Origin: Candidatus Micrarchaeia archaeon
Lineage (GTDB): Archaea > Micrarchaeota > Micrarchaeia > CAILAH01
Direction of reading: 5' to 3'
Assembly: GCA_038740245.1 (NCBI GenBank)
Contig: JAVYLZ010000003.1
Location: 1-48,422 of the forward strand
DNA length: 48,422 nt
The notes below the pieces were generated by a model. The model saw only the letters and a program-made list of their open reading frames with translations. It was not told the origin of the DNA and searched no databases. Within the stretch, counting starts at the first letter, position 1. Each line of letters starts with the position of its first letter. The translations under genes and the position numbers were made by a program. Positions 6,955 through 16,412 of the stretch are shown here, piece after piece.

Positions 6955-7359
6955 ATGGAGATAAACCGTGAGGAAATCCAGAAGATTGCTGTTGAGGCTG
7001 AAAATCTTCAGCGCATGCACAAAATGCTGCGTGACCAAATAGTTGCGCTCAACATGTCTGCACTTGAGGCAAGTGTAACTATAAACTCACTTGAGAAGAT
7101 AAAGGGCGGCGAGCACTCGCTGGTCTCGCTTGGCTCAGGGGTTTTCGCCAGCGCATCAATGAGCAAGTCAAAGTACGTGCTGCTTGATTTGGGGGGCGGC
7201 ATATGCGGCGAAATGTCCTCTGAAAAGGCCATAGAGCTTCTTAAAAAGCGGATAGAAGACTCACGTGAAATCACCAAACGGCTTGAGGAAGACCTTAAGC
7301 GCGTCCAGAACTCGCTTATTGAGCTTGAAGGCAGGGCGCGCAGGTATATCCAGCAATAG
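6955..7359 (+). CDS. pfdA: Prefoldin alpha subunit
   Basis: The architecture is coiled coil, beta hairpins, coiled coil (..LEASVTINSLEKIKGGEHSLVSLGSGVFA...YVLLDLGGGI..EMSSEKAIELLKKRIE..). It lies in the conserved position before ftsY. Confidence 0.8.
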   Translation: MEINREEIQKIAVEAENLQRMHKMLRDQIVALNMSALEASVTINSLEKIKGGEHSLVSLGSGVFASASMSKSKYVLLDLGGGICGEMSSEKAIELLKKRIEDSREITKRLEEDLKRVQNSLIELEGRARRYIQQ

Positions 7360-7367
7360 TGGTGCCG

Positions 7368-8783
7368 ATGTGGGGCCTCCTTAAATCAAAGGTATCGGAA
7401 TTTATCTCAAAAATAACAGGGGAGGCCAAGAAGGAAGAGGGTAGCCAAACCCCTCCTGAAGAGCCAGCTGCAAAGCAGGCCGAAAAAACCGAATTGCAGA
7501 AAGTTGAAACGGCGCCCACGCCCATTGAGGGCCACGCACTGCAAGCCGGCACTGAGGGAAAAATTCAGGAAAAAACGCAAGCGCCGATTGCAAAGGATGA
7601 GAGAAAACCTCCTGAAACAGCACCTGCCCCCAGCCAGCAACAGGCCCCAACAAAAGAGGAGAAAAGGCCAGCTGCAAGCGCTTGCGCCCCCGTCCAGCGG
7701 GAGGTGGTGGAGCAAAAGCCCGCGCAAAAGGAAAAGGAACGGGCGGCTGCTGACGAGGAGGTTAAGGAAAAAGTATTGCCAAAGCCCGTTCCAGAGCAGC
7801 CCCGGCAACAACCTGCTGCTGAAGTTGTGCAGCCACCTCAACCCACTGTTGCGCCTGGCACTGGCACTCAAAAGAAAGAGGAGCAAGTCCGTGTTAAAAT
7901 AGGAATAACCGACCACCTGAAAAAGATGGTGCTGCGAAAAGTCCGGCTCAGCAGGGAACGTGTTGAGGGGATGGCGCTTGACCTTGAGTTTGCGCTCATA
8001 CAGTCGGACGTGCATCCCGATGTGGCAAAGGAGGTTTGCGAGCGCATTGTGCAGCGCATATCCGACCGCGAGTTCACAAGCAGCGAGCTGGAGAACGAGG
8101 TAAAAAATGTGCTGCGCGAGGTCCTGCGCGAGGAAGCATTTGGCGCAAACAAGCCGTTTGACATTGTTGAGCTTGCCAAATCGCACATTAAAAAGCCGTT
8201 CAAGATACTTTTTGTCGGGCCTAACGGCGCCGGAAAAACCACCACAATCGCAAAAGTGGCACACAAGCTTATGGAGGGCGGGCTTACTGTCGTGATATCC
8301 GCTTCTGACACGTTTAGGGCGGCTGCAATTGAGCAGAGCGAGGAGCACGGCAGGCGGCTGGGCGTGCGCGTAATCAGGCATAATTACGGTGCGGACTCAG
8401 CGGCAGTCGCCTTTGATGCGATAAGGCACGCCGAAGCAAACAACATTGATGTTGTGCTTATAGACAGCGCGGGGAGGCAGGACACCAATTCCAACCTGAT
8501 TCGCGAGCTTGAAAAGCTGAACCGCATCGCCGCACCCGACCTTCGCATCTTCGTGGGCGAATCGCTTGCCGGCAATTCACTCTACCAGCAGGTAAAAGTG
8601 TTCAACGATGCAATAAAGCTTGACGGCATAATCCTGACGAAGGCGGACTGCGACTCAAAAGGCGGCACTGCAATCTCAATACTCCGCGAGACCGGCGTCC
8701 CAATTATATATCTCGGGATGGGGCAAAAGTATGACGACCTTGTAAAATTTGATCCTGAGATAATAATTTCAAATATACTTTAG
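7368..8783 (+). CDS. ftsY: Signal recognition particle receptor FtsY with a long low-complexity N-terminal domain
   Basis: The NG domain shows FVGPNGAGKTTTIAKVA, DTFRAAAIEQ, LIDSAGRQ, TKADCDSKGG and PIIYLGMGQKYDDL. The first ~185 aa are rich in P/E/K/A/Q. Confidence 0.9.
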   Translation: MWGLLKSKVSEFISKITGEAKKEEGSQTPPEEPAAKQAEKTELQKVETAPTPIEGHALQAGTEGKIQEKTQAPIAKDERKPPETAPAPSQQQAPTKEEKRPAASACAPVQREVVEQKPAQKEKERAAADEEVKEKVLPKPVPEQPRQQPAAEVVQPPQPTVAPGTGTQKKEEQVRVKIGITDHLKKMVLRKVRLSRERVEGMALDLEFALIQSDVHPDVAKEVCERIVQRISDREFTSSELENEVKNVLREVLREEAFGANKPFDIVELAKSHIKKPFKILFVGPNGAGKTTTIAKVAHKLMEGGLTVVISASDTFRAAAIEQSEEHGRRLGVRVIRHNYGADSAAVAFDAIRHAEANNIDVVLIDSAGRQDTNSNLIRELEKLNRIAAPDLRIFVGESLAGNSLYQQVKVFNDAIKLDGIILTKADCDSKGGTAISILRETGVPIIYLGMGQKYDDLVKFDPEIIISNIL

Positions 8784-8788
8784 AAAAA

Positions 8789-9004
8789 TTAGGATATTGC
8801 ACTTTTAACTTCGCTCTCATTTGAGACGTCCACAATCCTGTCCATCGGCTCCAAATGCGCGATGTTGGCCCTGCGGGCACCCTTGCGCCCTGCCGAAACA
8901 ATCTTGACAAAATTATGGTCAATAACCTCAACGACGACGCATTTTGAGCCAGCGTCGCGCCCCTTCGTCTTTATGCAAACTCTTCCCGGCTCAATCCCTC
9001 TCAT
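8789..9004 (-). CDS. rpl14e: 50S ribosomal protein L14e
   Basis: The KOW-like sequence is MRGIEPGRVCIKTKGRDAGSKCVVVEVIDHNFVKI. The order L34e-cmk-L14e is conserved. Confidence 0.8.
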   Translation of the reverse strand: MRGIEPGRVCIKTKGRDAGSKCVVVEVIDHNFVKIVSAGRKGARRANIAHLEPMDRIVDVSNESEVKSAIS

Positions 9005-9008
9005 AATC

Positions 9009-9533
9009 TCACCTCTTAATCTCCTCAAGGCACCTTGCAATCATTGCAGCAATTTTATCAGGCGGCAGCAGGCCGCTGTTTATGCACAGGTGGAACTTGC
9101 CTGTATCTGCTATGTTTATGCCGTATAGCTTTAAATAGCGTTCCACATTCTGTGCATCCTTTTTGAGCATCATCTTGCGCGCTTCCTCCACAGGCATCCC
9201 GTCCCTGCCGGCCACGCGCCTGGCGCGCACCTCATCATCCGCATACAGCCACACGTTAAGGTCCGCGTCAGCAATCCATGCGCCCAGCCACGTGCTCGTC
9301 ACAAATGACTGGTGCTTCTTCATTTCCTCTTCCTGCCGCTTGTCAAACTCCAGGTCTATCCTGCTGTCACGGGCAGCTATCTCCTGCAGCTCAACTATGC
9401 TTATGCCGCGCGCCTTCGCCTCATCCTTCATGGAGAAGGCAATGTGCGGCACACCCAGCAGCTTTGCCAGGTGCTCTGCGGCGGTTGTCTTGCCGGACCC
9501 AGTAAGGCCTGATATGCAAACCTTAACCGACAT
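9009..9533 (-). CDS. cmk: Cytidylate kinase, archaeal type
   Basis: The P-loop is ISGLTGSGKTTAAEHLAKLLG, and the gene lies in the conserved context between L34e and L14e. Confidence 0.85.
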   Translation of the reverse strand: MSVKVCISGLTGSGKTTAAEHLAKLLGVPHIAFSMKDEAKARGISIVELQEIAARDSRIDLEFDKRQEEEMKKHQSFVTSTWLGAWIADADLNVWLYADDEVRARRVAGRDGMPVEEARKMMLKKDAQNVERYLKLYGINIADTGKFHLCINSGLLPPDKIAAMIARCLEEIKR

Positions 9534-9537
9534 CTAA

Positions 9538-9834
9538 TCACAGGTATTTTTGGAACTTGACAGGGACATCAACAGACCGCATGTCATTGTTCTTTACGCG
9601 TGCCCTGTACACAAAGAGCTTTTGTGTGCACGAGCTGCACAAATGGCCGCCAAAGGGGCGCTCCGGCCTGCGCTCGGTCTTCTTAAGCTTGCGTGAGCTT
9701 GACACTCCCTTAAGAGCTGCGCCGCATATCCGGCAGCTTGATGCACCCTTGCGTGCTGGTGCGGTATGCACCTTAACCTTCCCGCTTGGGGCCCTCCTGA
9801 ATATCCTTTTACTTATTCTTTTGCTTGGCCTCAT
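9538..9834 (-). CDS. rpl34e: 50S ribosomal protein L34e
   Basis: The sequence is MRPSKRISKRIFRRAPSGKVKVHTAPARKGASSCRICGAALKG.....RPFGGHLCSSC. Confidence 0.85.
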   Translation of the reverse strand: MRPSKRISKRIFRRAPSGKVKVHTAPARKGASSCRICGAALKGVSSSRKLKKTERRPERPFGGHLCSSCTQKLFVYRARVKNNDMRSVDVPVKFQKYL

Positions 9835-10321
9835 TTTTCGCACCTCCAATCTTAAACTGCGCAACTAAGCTTGAAACCATAAACGAAATCCAAAACCACC
9901 CGATAGGGCCGAACGTGTCCCTCCAGTTTATGAGATGGTCAAAATTCATCTGCGGCACCGGCAGGTGCACGGGCAGCACCATCACAAAATCCGGGAACAG
10001 CTGCATAAGCGACCCTGAGATAAGGCCCGATACAAGCAGGAGGGGGATTGTGAGTAGCATCGGCTTAACCTGCATTTTCATCAGGTCAAGCGCCATGGTG
10101 TTCATGCGCGCCTCAAGCTCGCGCAGCACCTTGTCATTGCGCGCACGCGCCGCCTCAAGGTATTCCCTGTTGAGCTTGCGCATCTCCTCCTGCATCTTCT
10201 TGTTCATCTCAAGTACCTTGCCCATACCGCCTATCTCATAAATCGTGTACCGCAAAATCAAGGAATACAGCCCGGCTACGGCCGTTATCAGCACTGCCGC
10301 CTGAACAGGGTCAAACATCAT
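9809..10321 (-). CDS. DUF106 / EMC3-TMCO1-like membrane protein (archaeal YidC/Oxa1-like insertase)
   Basis: It has a TM segment, a basic coiled coil (KKMQEEMRKLNREYLEAARARNDK..) and two further TM segments. It lies in the conserved slot after adk in the secY cluster. The ATG overlaps the adk stop. Confidence 0.7.
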   Translation of the reverse strand: MMFDPVQAAVLITAVAGLYSLILRYTIYEIGGMGKVLEMNKKMQEEMRKLNREYLEAARARNDKVLRELEARMNTMALDLMKMQVKPMLLTIPLLLVSGLISGSLMQLFPDFVMVLPVHLPVPQMNFDHLINWRDTFGPIGWFWISFMVSSLVAQFKIGGAKNEAKQKNK

Positions 10322-10869
10322 ATCCTCACGCACCGCTCAAGCTGGCCAACTGCTTCCTCAAGCAGGCCGGTTTTATTATGTATAAACTTAACGGGGGCGT
10401 TCACATACGCTGCATACGCTGACACCATCGCAAGGTTTATGCTCTCGTGCAGGCGCAACTGCTCCGGGGGCTCGGTATCACGCTGGCGTGAGGTATCCTT
10501 CCTCCTTCTCTCAATCACATCCTCGATACCTGCATAGATATATACGAACGCGTCTATAGGCAGCTCTGAAAGGACATACTGCGGAAGCCCGGGGTGATAC
10601 CCGTCCGCGGTATTGACTGACGCGTGCGTGTCTATTATTGTATTGGGCGGCATCTTCGCAATGAGCTGTGCGGCCTTGCGCTGCAGCTCGCGGTACTTTT
10701 CGCGTGGCAGCTTGCGCATATCGTCACGCCCGGCAACCCCGTATTCCTCCTTCGCAATCTCAAACATCACCGTGCCAAAATTAACGACCTTAATCTCCGG
10801 ATGCTTCGCTGCAAGCGCATTAAGCACTGTGCTCTTGCCTGCACCTGGTGTCCCCATAACAATTATCAT
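10318..10869 (-). CDS. adkA: Adenylate kinase, archaeal type
   Basis: The sequence is MIIVMGTPGAGKSTVLNAL....NFGTVMFEIAKE...RDDMRKL...IIDTHASV. Confidence 0.9.
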   Translation of the reverse strand: MIIVMGTPGAGKSTVLNALAAKHPEIKVVNFGTVMFEIAKEEYGVAGRDDMRKLPREKYRELQRKAAQLIAKMPPNTIIDTHASVNTADGYHPGLPQYVLSELPIDAFVYIYAGIEDVIERRRKDTSRQRDTEPPEQLRLHESINLAMVSAYAAYVNAPVKFIHNKTGLLEEAVGQLERCVRI

Positions 10870-10872
10870 AAC

Positions 10873-12354
10873 TCATTCCCCGCCCATTATACTCCTAAGC
10901 TGCGGATACATCTCAAACATCTGCCGCTGCTCCATCTCTTCATACATCCTGTACAGTATGCCCGCAGTGAGCAGGATACCAGTACCCGTGCCGATTGCAC
11001 CCGTAAGGTCGGCGCATGCGGCAAGAAGGCCCACAAAGCCGCTGCCAAGCACCGTGATTACCGGGATGTATTTTGAAAGTATCTTCTCAATCATGCGCTC
11101 ATCGCGCCTGAAGCCCGGCACTGACAAGCCAACGCGCTTTAGCTGGGCCGCGACGTCGCGCGCAGTCATGCCCGAGGTCTCGGTCCAGAGATAGCCGAAC
11201 AGTATTGACAACAGGACAAGGCTGGCTGCATAGATAACCGCGTGCACGTATTCAGGGACAAACACCGCGCCAACGAACGGCACAAGCAGCGTCTGGCCGC
11301 TTGTCATAATGAGGTTCATGTACACTGGCATGCCCCCGGCGATGGCAAGCGGATTGGGGAACGACGGGGTTATAAGATAAAGCAGGCCGCCGTCAAGCTG
11401 CCCTGCCATGTTGTAGTTTGCGAGGAATGCCGCCACATTCACTCCACCGAGTTCAAATGTCATGCCTGCAAGCACCCTGCCAAACAGCTGCACTGAAGAC
11501 AGGAAGGCAAATGCAAGTATCACCGGCATGTTTGAGGTGTAAAGGAACTTGATTGGGTACCTGCCGCCATAGCCGGCCGCCTTGTCAAACGCAAGCGGGA
11601 CCTCCACCTTTATGCCTTCAGCGTATACTGAAACCGCAAACACAATAAGCGTTGCTATTATCGGCGCAAGGACTATTATCGCAGACGGGATTGCGTTTGC
11701 GCCGCCCTGCAGCAGGTGGTATGCGAGCGTGTTTGACTCGGGTATGCCACCATACCCTGTAACTATGCCTATGAAGCCGGACACCACGGCGATAGAGACA
11801 CCGCCCGCGATGAACAGGCCGATGCCGCTGCCTATGCCGTATTTTGAGATTACCTCATCAAAGTAAAGCAGCAGGATTGAGCCCAGTGCAATCTGGACCG
11901 CAACGAGTATCCTGACGCCAAGCTCGCCCATAACAGGGTAAAGCGCGGTGTCAAGCTGCATCATATTTGTGTATATGAACGCCTCAAACAGCGCAAGCAG
12001 TATGGCCAGAAGCTTTTGCGTGCCCTGGAACAATGCCTTGTTGCGGGGCTGCGACAGGTCAATGTTGATTAGCTTGGCGCCCACAAAAAGCTGCAGGAAT
12101 ATTGACGCCAAAACTATCGGGCCGATACCGATTGTTATCAGCGAGCCCATTTTTGACGCAAGCACCAGCTGCAAAAACTCCGTCTTGGTATCCTTGCTTA
12201 TCACCACACCCGTCGGGTATATGTGGTACATCACAAAGAAAAGGACAAGGATGCCAAGGGTATACATCAGCCTCTGGTTAAGGGTCGGCTGCACAACCGG
12301 CATCTTCACTTCCGGCAGCTTGGCAACAACCGGCCTCAGCGGCTCAAGGTCCAT
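10873..12354 (-). CDS. secY: Preprotein translocase subunit SecY
   Basis: This is a 10-TM protein in the conserved position after L15, with typical SecY motifs (..LGILVLFFVMYHIY.., GSLITIGIGPIV, ..GTGILL..). The start is ATG 12354; GTG 12363 is an alternative. Confidence 0.95.
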   Translation of the reverse strand: MDLEPLRPVVAKLPEVKMPVVQPTLNQRLMYTLGILVLFFVMYHIYPTGVVISKDTKTEFLQLVLASKMGSLITIGIGPIVLASIFLQLFVGAKLINIDLSQPRNKALFQGTQKLLAILLALFEAFIYTNMMQLDTALYPVMGELGVRILVAVQIALGSILLLYFDEVISKYGIGSGIGLFIAGGVSIAVVSGFIGIVTGYGGIPESNTLAYHLLQGGANAIPSAIIVLAPIIATLIVFAVSVYAEGIKVEVPLAFDKAAGYGGRYPIKFLYTSNMPVILAFAFLSSVQLFGRVLAGMTFELGGVNVAAFLANYNMAGQLDGGLLYLITPSFPNPLAIAGGMPVYMNLIMTSGQTLLVPFVGAVFVPEYVHAVIYAASLVLLSILFGYLWTETSGMTARDVAAQLKRVGLSVPGFRRDERMIEKILSKYIPVITVLGSGFVGLLAACADLTGAIGTGTGILLTAGILYRMYEEMEQRQMFEMYPQLRSIMGGE

Positions 12355-12365
12355 CTTATACACAC

Positions 12366-12809
12366 CTACTGCTCAGCAGCGCCGGCCGCACCGCTTATGT
12401 TGCGGGCTTCACCGCCCACCTGCTCAATCTTGTCAACTGCTTTCTTTGAGAACGCGCGTGCCTCAACTATAGTTGGATAATACAGCTGGCCGCCGCCAAG
12501 GACCTTGCCGTCAAACCTGAAGTAGTAGACATTGTCCTTCTTGCTCACCTCTCCGGACGCGATCTTGCGCGATATGTGCGTCAGGTTGATTACCTCGGGG
12601 CGGTTGCGCACCTTGTTGACAAAGCCGTGCACACCGTAATAACCCTTCTCATACTTGAGTGTGTAGGTTTTCCTGTGCTTGAGCATGCCGCCGCGGCCGA
12701 CACCGCCGCGCGTGCCCGAGCCGCGGCCCTTCTTCTTGTTGCCGCGGCCGTGATGCCTCTTTCCAAGGAACTTGCTCTTGCTTTTTGGCTTGTGCGTACG
12801 AACCATCAA
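12366..12809 (-). CDS. rpl15: 50S ribosomal protein L15 (uL15)
   Basis: The sequence is KFLGKRHHGRGNKKKGRGSGTRGGVGRGGMLKHR.., and the operon position fits. Confidence 0.9.
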   Translation of the reverse strand: MMVRTHKPKSKSKFLGKRHHGRGNKKKGRGSGTRGGVGRGGMLKHRKTYTLKYEKGYYGVHGFVNKVRNRPEVINLTHISRKIASGEVSKKDNVYYFRFDGKVLGGGQLYYPTIVEARAFSKKAVDKIEQVGGEARNISGAAGAAEQ

Positions 12810-13264
12810 ATCATCCTCCTGAGAAGGGCATTTATCTCCTTGCCCCTATACCCGAGCGCACCTTTTGGGAACGGGCGCTTTATCACCTTGTAGCCGCCTT
12901 TCGGCGGGTTAAGGCGGAACACCTTCTTCAAGCCGGCCTCCTGCAGCGACACCTTGCCCTCAAGCACGGCTGCCGCAAGCCCGCTGAACCCCTTGTGGCC
13001 CTTTGACTGCACGTATTCCTCGGTAATGCGCTTGTTGCCGAGCAGCCTGCCCCGCTTCATTATGAGCTCGCACAGCGTGTCGCTGTCAAGCTCACCCCAC
13101 GTAACATAATCCTTGCAAAGTTGGAGCGTGCCCTTAATAGGGCCGGTTGCCGGCGCAATAACGCAATGGTTAACACGGCTGAGGTTAAGGAACCCCATCG
13201 CCTGGCTTATGTCCGGCTTTATGCCGGTCCTGCCGCGAACACGAACTACTGCATATAATTGCAT
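12806..13264 (-). CDS. rpl30: 50S ribosomal protein L30 (uL30)
   Basis: The sequence is MQLYAVVRVRGRTGIKPDISQAMGFLNLSRVNHCV. The internal ATG 13264 lies just after the S5 stop; the upstream extension in the ORF track is not protein-like. Confidence 0.85.
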   Translation of the reverse strand: MQLYAVVRVRGRTGIKPDISQAMGFLNLSRVNHCVIAPATGPIKGTLQLCKDYVTWGELDSDTLCELIMKRGRLLGNKRITEEYVQSKGHKGFSGLAAAVLEGKVSLQEAGLKKVFRLNPPKGGYKVIKRPFPKGALGYRGKEINALLRRMI

Positions 13265-13268
13265 CCAA

Positions 13269-13940
13269 TCATTCCTCCGTCCAATCCCTCTTGGAATGCA
13301 TATTGTTAAGCTTCCTGAGGGCGTTATACACCGCCATTGCAGTGTTGAACTTCGTAGACGTGCTGCCCCTGCACGAGGACCACACATCGCTAAGGCCGGC
13401 CTTTGCAAGAACCTTCTTTACTATCGCATTGCCAACTACACCGACGCCGCGCGGTGCCGGCCGCAGCGTAACAGTCACACTGCCCGACTTGCCTGAAACC
13501 TCAATCGGCAGGCTGTGCTTTGTGCCGCAGCCGCACTCCCAGGAGCCGCACCCAAACGGCACTGAGATTAAGTTGCGCTTTGCAGCACGGACCGCATTGT
13601 CAATTGCTGGGCGAGCCTCGTCCGACTTGCCCGCGCCGATGCCGATATGGCCGCGGCCGTCGCCAACCACTACTACTGCACGGAACTTTATCTTGCGGCC
13701 GGAGTCGGTCACGCGCTGTGTGGTGCCGAGCTTTATCAGGTCGTCCTGCATATCAGGCACCAGCACATCAACTATCTCCGGCTCAATTATCTTAAGGCCG
13801 TTGTTTAGTATCTCGTCAATGCTGGTTATCTGGCCGCTGGCAACGCGCTTGCCCAGCTCGGTCTTCGGAACCCATACAACTTTGGGCTCATCCCTCTGCC
13901 CCCGGAAATCCCTTTTTTGCCTGTCCCTGTTGAACGCCAT
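13269..13940 (-). CDS. rps5: 30S ribosomal protein S5 (uS5)
   Basis: The sequence is ..FRAVVVVGDGRGHIGIGAGKSDEARPAIDNAVRAAKRNLI...GSVTVTLRPAPRGVGVV... Confidence 0.95.
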   Translation of the reverse strand: MAFNRDRQKRDFRGQRDEPKVVWVPKTELGKRVASGQITSIDEILNNGLKIIEPEIVDVLVPDMQDDLIKLGTTQRVTDSGRKIKFRAVVVVGDGRGHIGIGAGKSDEARPAIDNAVRAAKRNLISVPFGCGSWECGCGTKHSLPIEVSGKSGSVTVTLRPAPRGVGVVGNAIVKKVLAKAGLSDVWSSCRGSTSTKFNTAMAVYNALRKLNNMHSKRDWTEE

Positions 13941-13950
13941 ACATCACACC

Positions 13951-14532
13951 TCAAAGCTTGCTCTTAATTGACTGAACCAGCTGCGGCAGCGATTCAGGGC
14001 TCACGCCTTTTGCAAGGTATGCCGAGAACCTCTTCTTGTACGCCGCCTCATCCGATTCCTTGAGCGATTTAGCATAATCGGCAATGTGCTTGCCGCTGAA
14101 CCTGTCCTCATTGAAAACAGAGGGGTTGTGCGGGACGTCAAGACCCGCATCTAGCGCGCCTTTCAGCACTGCAAACGCAAACGAAGATGCAACCGGCGTC
14201 CTCCTGCCCATGTCAAGTATTGCGCGCTTGACGCCCTTTGACAATGCGCGCTTTGCAAGCGCATACCCGACCAGATACGCTGCAGGAAGGCTCTTGATGG
14301 GCGGGAGCCCGTATTTCTCAAGCTCTGCAGAGCGTGCAGATGCAACAACGTTGTCCCCCTTGGGTGAATACGAGACAACCTGCGCAATTATGCTTGAGGA
14401 GGTCTTGCGTGCCACCAGACGTGCCTCACCGGACTTTATCATTGCAAGCCGCTTTGAGTAGGTGGTCCGCCCTTCCCGGCGCCTCCTGAAAGATACCCTG
14501 TACGTGCTTCTTGTCGCTTTTGCCATAAACAT
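13951..14532 (-). CDS. rpl18: 50S ribosomal protein L18 (uL18)
   Basis: The sequence is YRVSFRRRREGRTTYSKRLAMIKSGEARLVARKTSSSIIAQV.., and the operon position fits. Confidence 0.9.
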   Translation of the reverse strand: MFMAKATRSTYRVSFRRRREGRTTYSKRLAMIKSGEARLVARKTSSSIIAQVVSYSPKGDNVVASARSAELEKYGLPPIKSLPAAYLVGYALAKRALSKGVKRAILDMGRRTPVASSFAFAVLKGALDAGLDVPHNPSVFNEDRFSGKHIADYAKSLKESDEAAYKKRFSAYLAKGVSPESLPQLVQSIKSKL

Positions 14533-14969
14533 CACTTCATCAGGCCATTATCCTTAATGTAATTTGAAAGCTGTGCGCGCGACTTGAACTCGCCGCCCTT
14601 GACCTTCAAATAAAGCTGGCGGTACGCGCCCTCCTTAAGGGCGGCGCGAACCTGCCTCAAGTACGCCCTCTGCGCACGCACGTGCGACATCCACCTTTCC
14701 TTGAGGTCAACACGTGCGCCCAGCGGGCCTTTCTTGCGTCCCGCCCCTTTCCTGCCTTTCCTCCGCAGCTCATCGTTTTTCCGGCCGCGTGCACGCGACA
14801 CGCCGCGCTTGCGGACTGCAGAGATGACACCCTGCATAATGAGCATCTTGACATCATCGCGCGTCAGTGCTGATGATGCGTTTGAAAGGCGGGACGGGTC
14901 AATCCGTATCCTTGACTCGCCACACTTGAGTATGTCTGCAGCCATCCTTCTTACAGTACGTATACCCAT
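14532..14969 (-). CDS. rpl19e: 50S ribosomal protein L19e
   Basis: The sequence is RTVRRMAADILKCGESRIRIDP....VSRARGRKNDELRRKGRKGAGRKKG. Confidence 0.9.
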   Translation of the reverse strand: MGIRTVRRMAADILKCGESRIRIDPSRLSNASSALTRDDVKMLIMQGVISAVRKRGVSRARGRKNDELRRKGRKGAGRKKGPLGARVDLKERWMSHVRAQRAYLRQVRAALKEGAYRQLYLKVKGGEFKSRAQLSNYIKDNGLMK

Positions 14970-14980
14970 ACCAACACCAC

Positions 14981-15343
14981 TCAGTTAAGGAGCTTCAGCC
15001 CCATTTCGCCGGCCATCTTGGCGAGCTGCTCCCTCTTTTTCCTGCCGACAGCAGCAGATATCCTTACGGCAACATCCGCACTGCCCTTAAGTGCCACAAC
15101 GTCTTTCATGGAGCGCACCAGGACCTCGCGCCGGCCGCACGGGTGCAACCCGCGTATTGCGCGCGGGTTCTTGTAGCCGATGCGCGGCAGCGCGCCCATG
15201 TGCGCGCGCTTCAAGGCCTGCTTGTTGTCTATCCCGCGCGGCTTGCGCCACTTGTCCTCAAGGCGCTTGCGCGTATGGCCAACATTCGGCCGCCTGAACC
15301 GCGGGTGGCCCTTTTTCTTGGATTGCAACTTCTTCGGCTTCAT
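14981..15343 (-). CDS. rpl32e: 50S ribosomal protein L32e
   Basis: The sequence is HPRFRRPNVGHTRKRLEDKWRKPRGIDNKQ...PRIGYKNPRAIRGLHPCG. Confidence 0.9.
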   Translation of the reverse strand: MKPKKLQSKKKGHPRFRRPNVGHTRKRLEDKWRKPRGIDNKQALKRAHMGALPRIGYKNPRAIRGLHPCGRREVLVRSMKDVVALKGSADVAVRISAAVGRKKREQLAKMAGEMGLKLLN

Positions 15344-15840
15344 TGTTTCACCACGTAAATCCCGTCCTGGAACACGCGCTCATCCTTGCCCCTGACGCGT
15401 GTCGCCTGCCGCAGGTTGGCGGCGGTCTGGCCCACTGCATACACATCCGGGCCCTCTATCTCTATATCCTGGCCCTTGACCGTAACCTTGGTCGGGCCGA
15501 CTATTTCAGCGTGAAGGTCACGCTTGCCGCCCAGGAAATTCTTTATGGTCATGGTGCTGCCCTTGACCTCCACCTTCATGGGGAAATGCGCAAACACCAT
15601 CCGCATGGTTTTCCTGTGGCCCTCGGTAACACCTTTGAACGCATTGCTGAGGTGGGCGACTGCGGTGCCGACAAGCATCTTGCTCCCGGAAAGCACAACC
15701 TCATTGCCCGAGATGCCCGCTGAAAGCTTCCTAGGGACGCCCACACTGACCTCGCCCTTTGGGCCCTTTACCTTGATAATATCGCCCGCACGGGAAACTG
15801 AAACGCCCGCAGGCACAACTAATTTCTCTTCCATCAGCAT
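15340..15840 (-). CDS. rpl6: 50S ribosomal protein L6 (uL6)
   Basis: The sequence is ..VSRAGDIIKVKGPKGEVSV...GHRKTMRMVFAHFPMKVEVKG.., and the operon position fits. Confidence 0.9.
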   Translation of the reverse strand: MLMEEKLVVPAGVSVSRAGDIIKVKGPKGEVSVGVPRKLSAGISGNEVVLSGSKMLVGTAVAHLSNAFKGVTEGHRKTMRMVFAHFPMKVEVKGSTMTIKNFLGGKRDLHAEIVGPTKVTVKGQDIEIEGPDVYAVGQTAANLRQATRVRGKDERVFQDGIYVVKQ

Positions 15841-15846
15841 CACCAG

Positions 15847-16230
15847 CTAATATATGTATGCGATAAGCCTGCCGCCAAGGTTTCTTTGCCTTGCCTCGTG
15901 ATTGGTCATCAGGCCCTCGGATGTTGATACTATGAGCAGGCCGAAATCCTTGCTGAGCACATACCTCTGCTCCCACTTGACCCACTCGTCAGCGGACACT
16001 GAAAAGCGCGGCTTTATCACACCACACTCATTTATCGGCCCGATACCGTACACTATAAGCTCATCACCACGGCCGTCAACCTTATGCTCAAACGACTTGA
16101 TGTAGCCGTTGTCCTTGAGTATCTGCATCACACCAAGCAGCAGCTTTGATACCGGCTTTATCCGGCAGTTGCGCATGCCAACGCGCTTGTGCGTTTTTAT
16201 GACATTAAGACCCTGAGCTAGAATGTCCAT
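15847..16230 (-). CDS. rps8: 30S ribosomal protein S8 (uS8)
   Basis: The sequence is DILAQGLNVIKTHKRVG...MQILKDNGYIKSFE....GLLIVSTSEGLMTNHEARQRNLGGRLIAYIY. Confidence 0.9.
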   Translation of the reverse strand: MDILAQGLNVIKTHKRVGMRNCRIKPVSKLLLGVMQILKDNGYIKSFEHKVDGRGDELIVYGIGPINECGVIKPRFSVSADEWVKWEQRYVLSKDFGLLIVSTSEGLMTNHEARQRNLGGRLIAYIY

Positions 16231-16240
16231 GTGCACACCC

Positions 16241-16411
16241 CTAATATTTCCTGAACCCTATCTGCTCGCCGTAATCACGAAGGCATCTCCTGCATATGTT
16301 CAAGCGGTACTTGCGGATGAGCCCACGCGCGGTCCCGCAAAACCTGCACTTGCGTGTGCCCTTGCCCTTGAACTTTGATAAGTATTTCCTCTCCTCTTTC
16401 TCGTTCACCAT
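16241..16411 (-). CDS. rps14: 30S ribosomal protein S14 (uS14, zinc type)
   Basis: The sequence is ..KGKGTRKCRFCGTARGLIRKYRLNICRRCLRDYGEQIGFRKY. ATG 16411 lies right after the L5 stop. Confidence 0.85.
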   Translation of the reverse strand: MVNEKEERKYLSKFKGKGTRKCRFCGTARGLIRKYRLNICRRCLRDYGEQIGFRKY

Positions 16412-16412
16412 C

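Noticed and set aside
5730-8381. Long antisense ORFs: 5730..6566 (278 aa) and 7407..8381 (324 aa), plus several smaller ones.
   Set aside because: They lie opposite L31e/aIF6 and FtsY, all of which have strong family signatures. The antisense translations are Arg/Leu/Cys-rich and carry no motifs.
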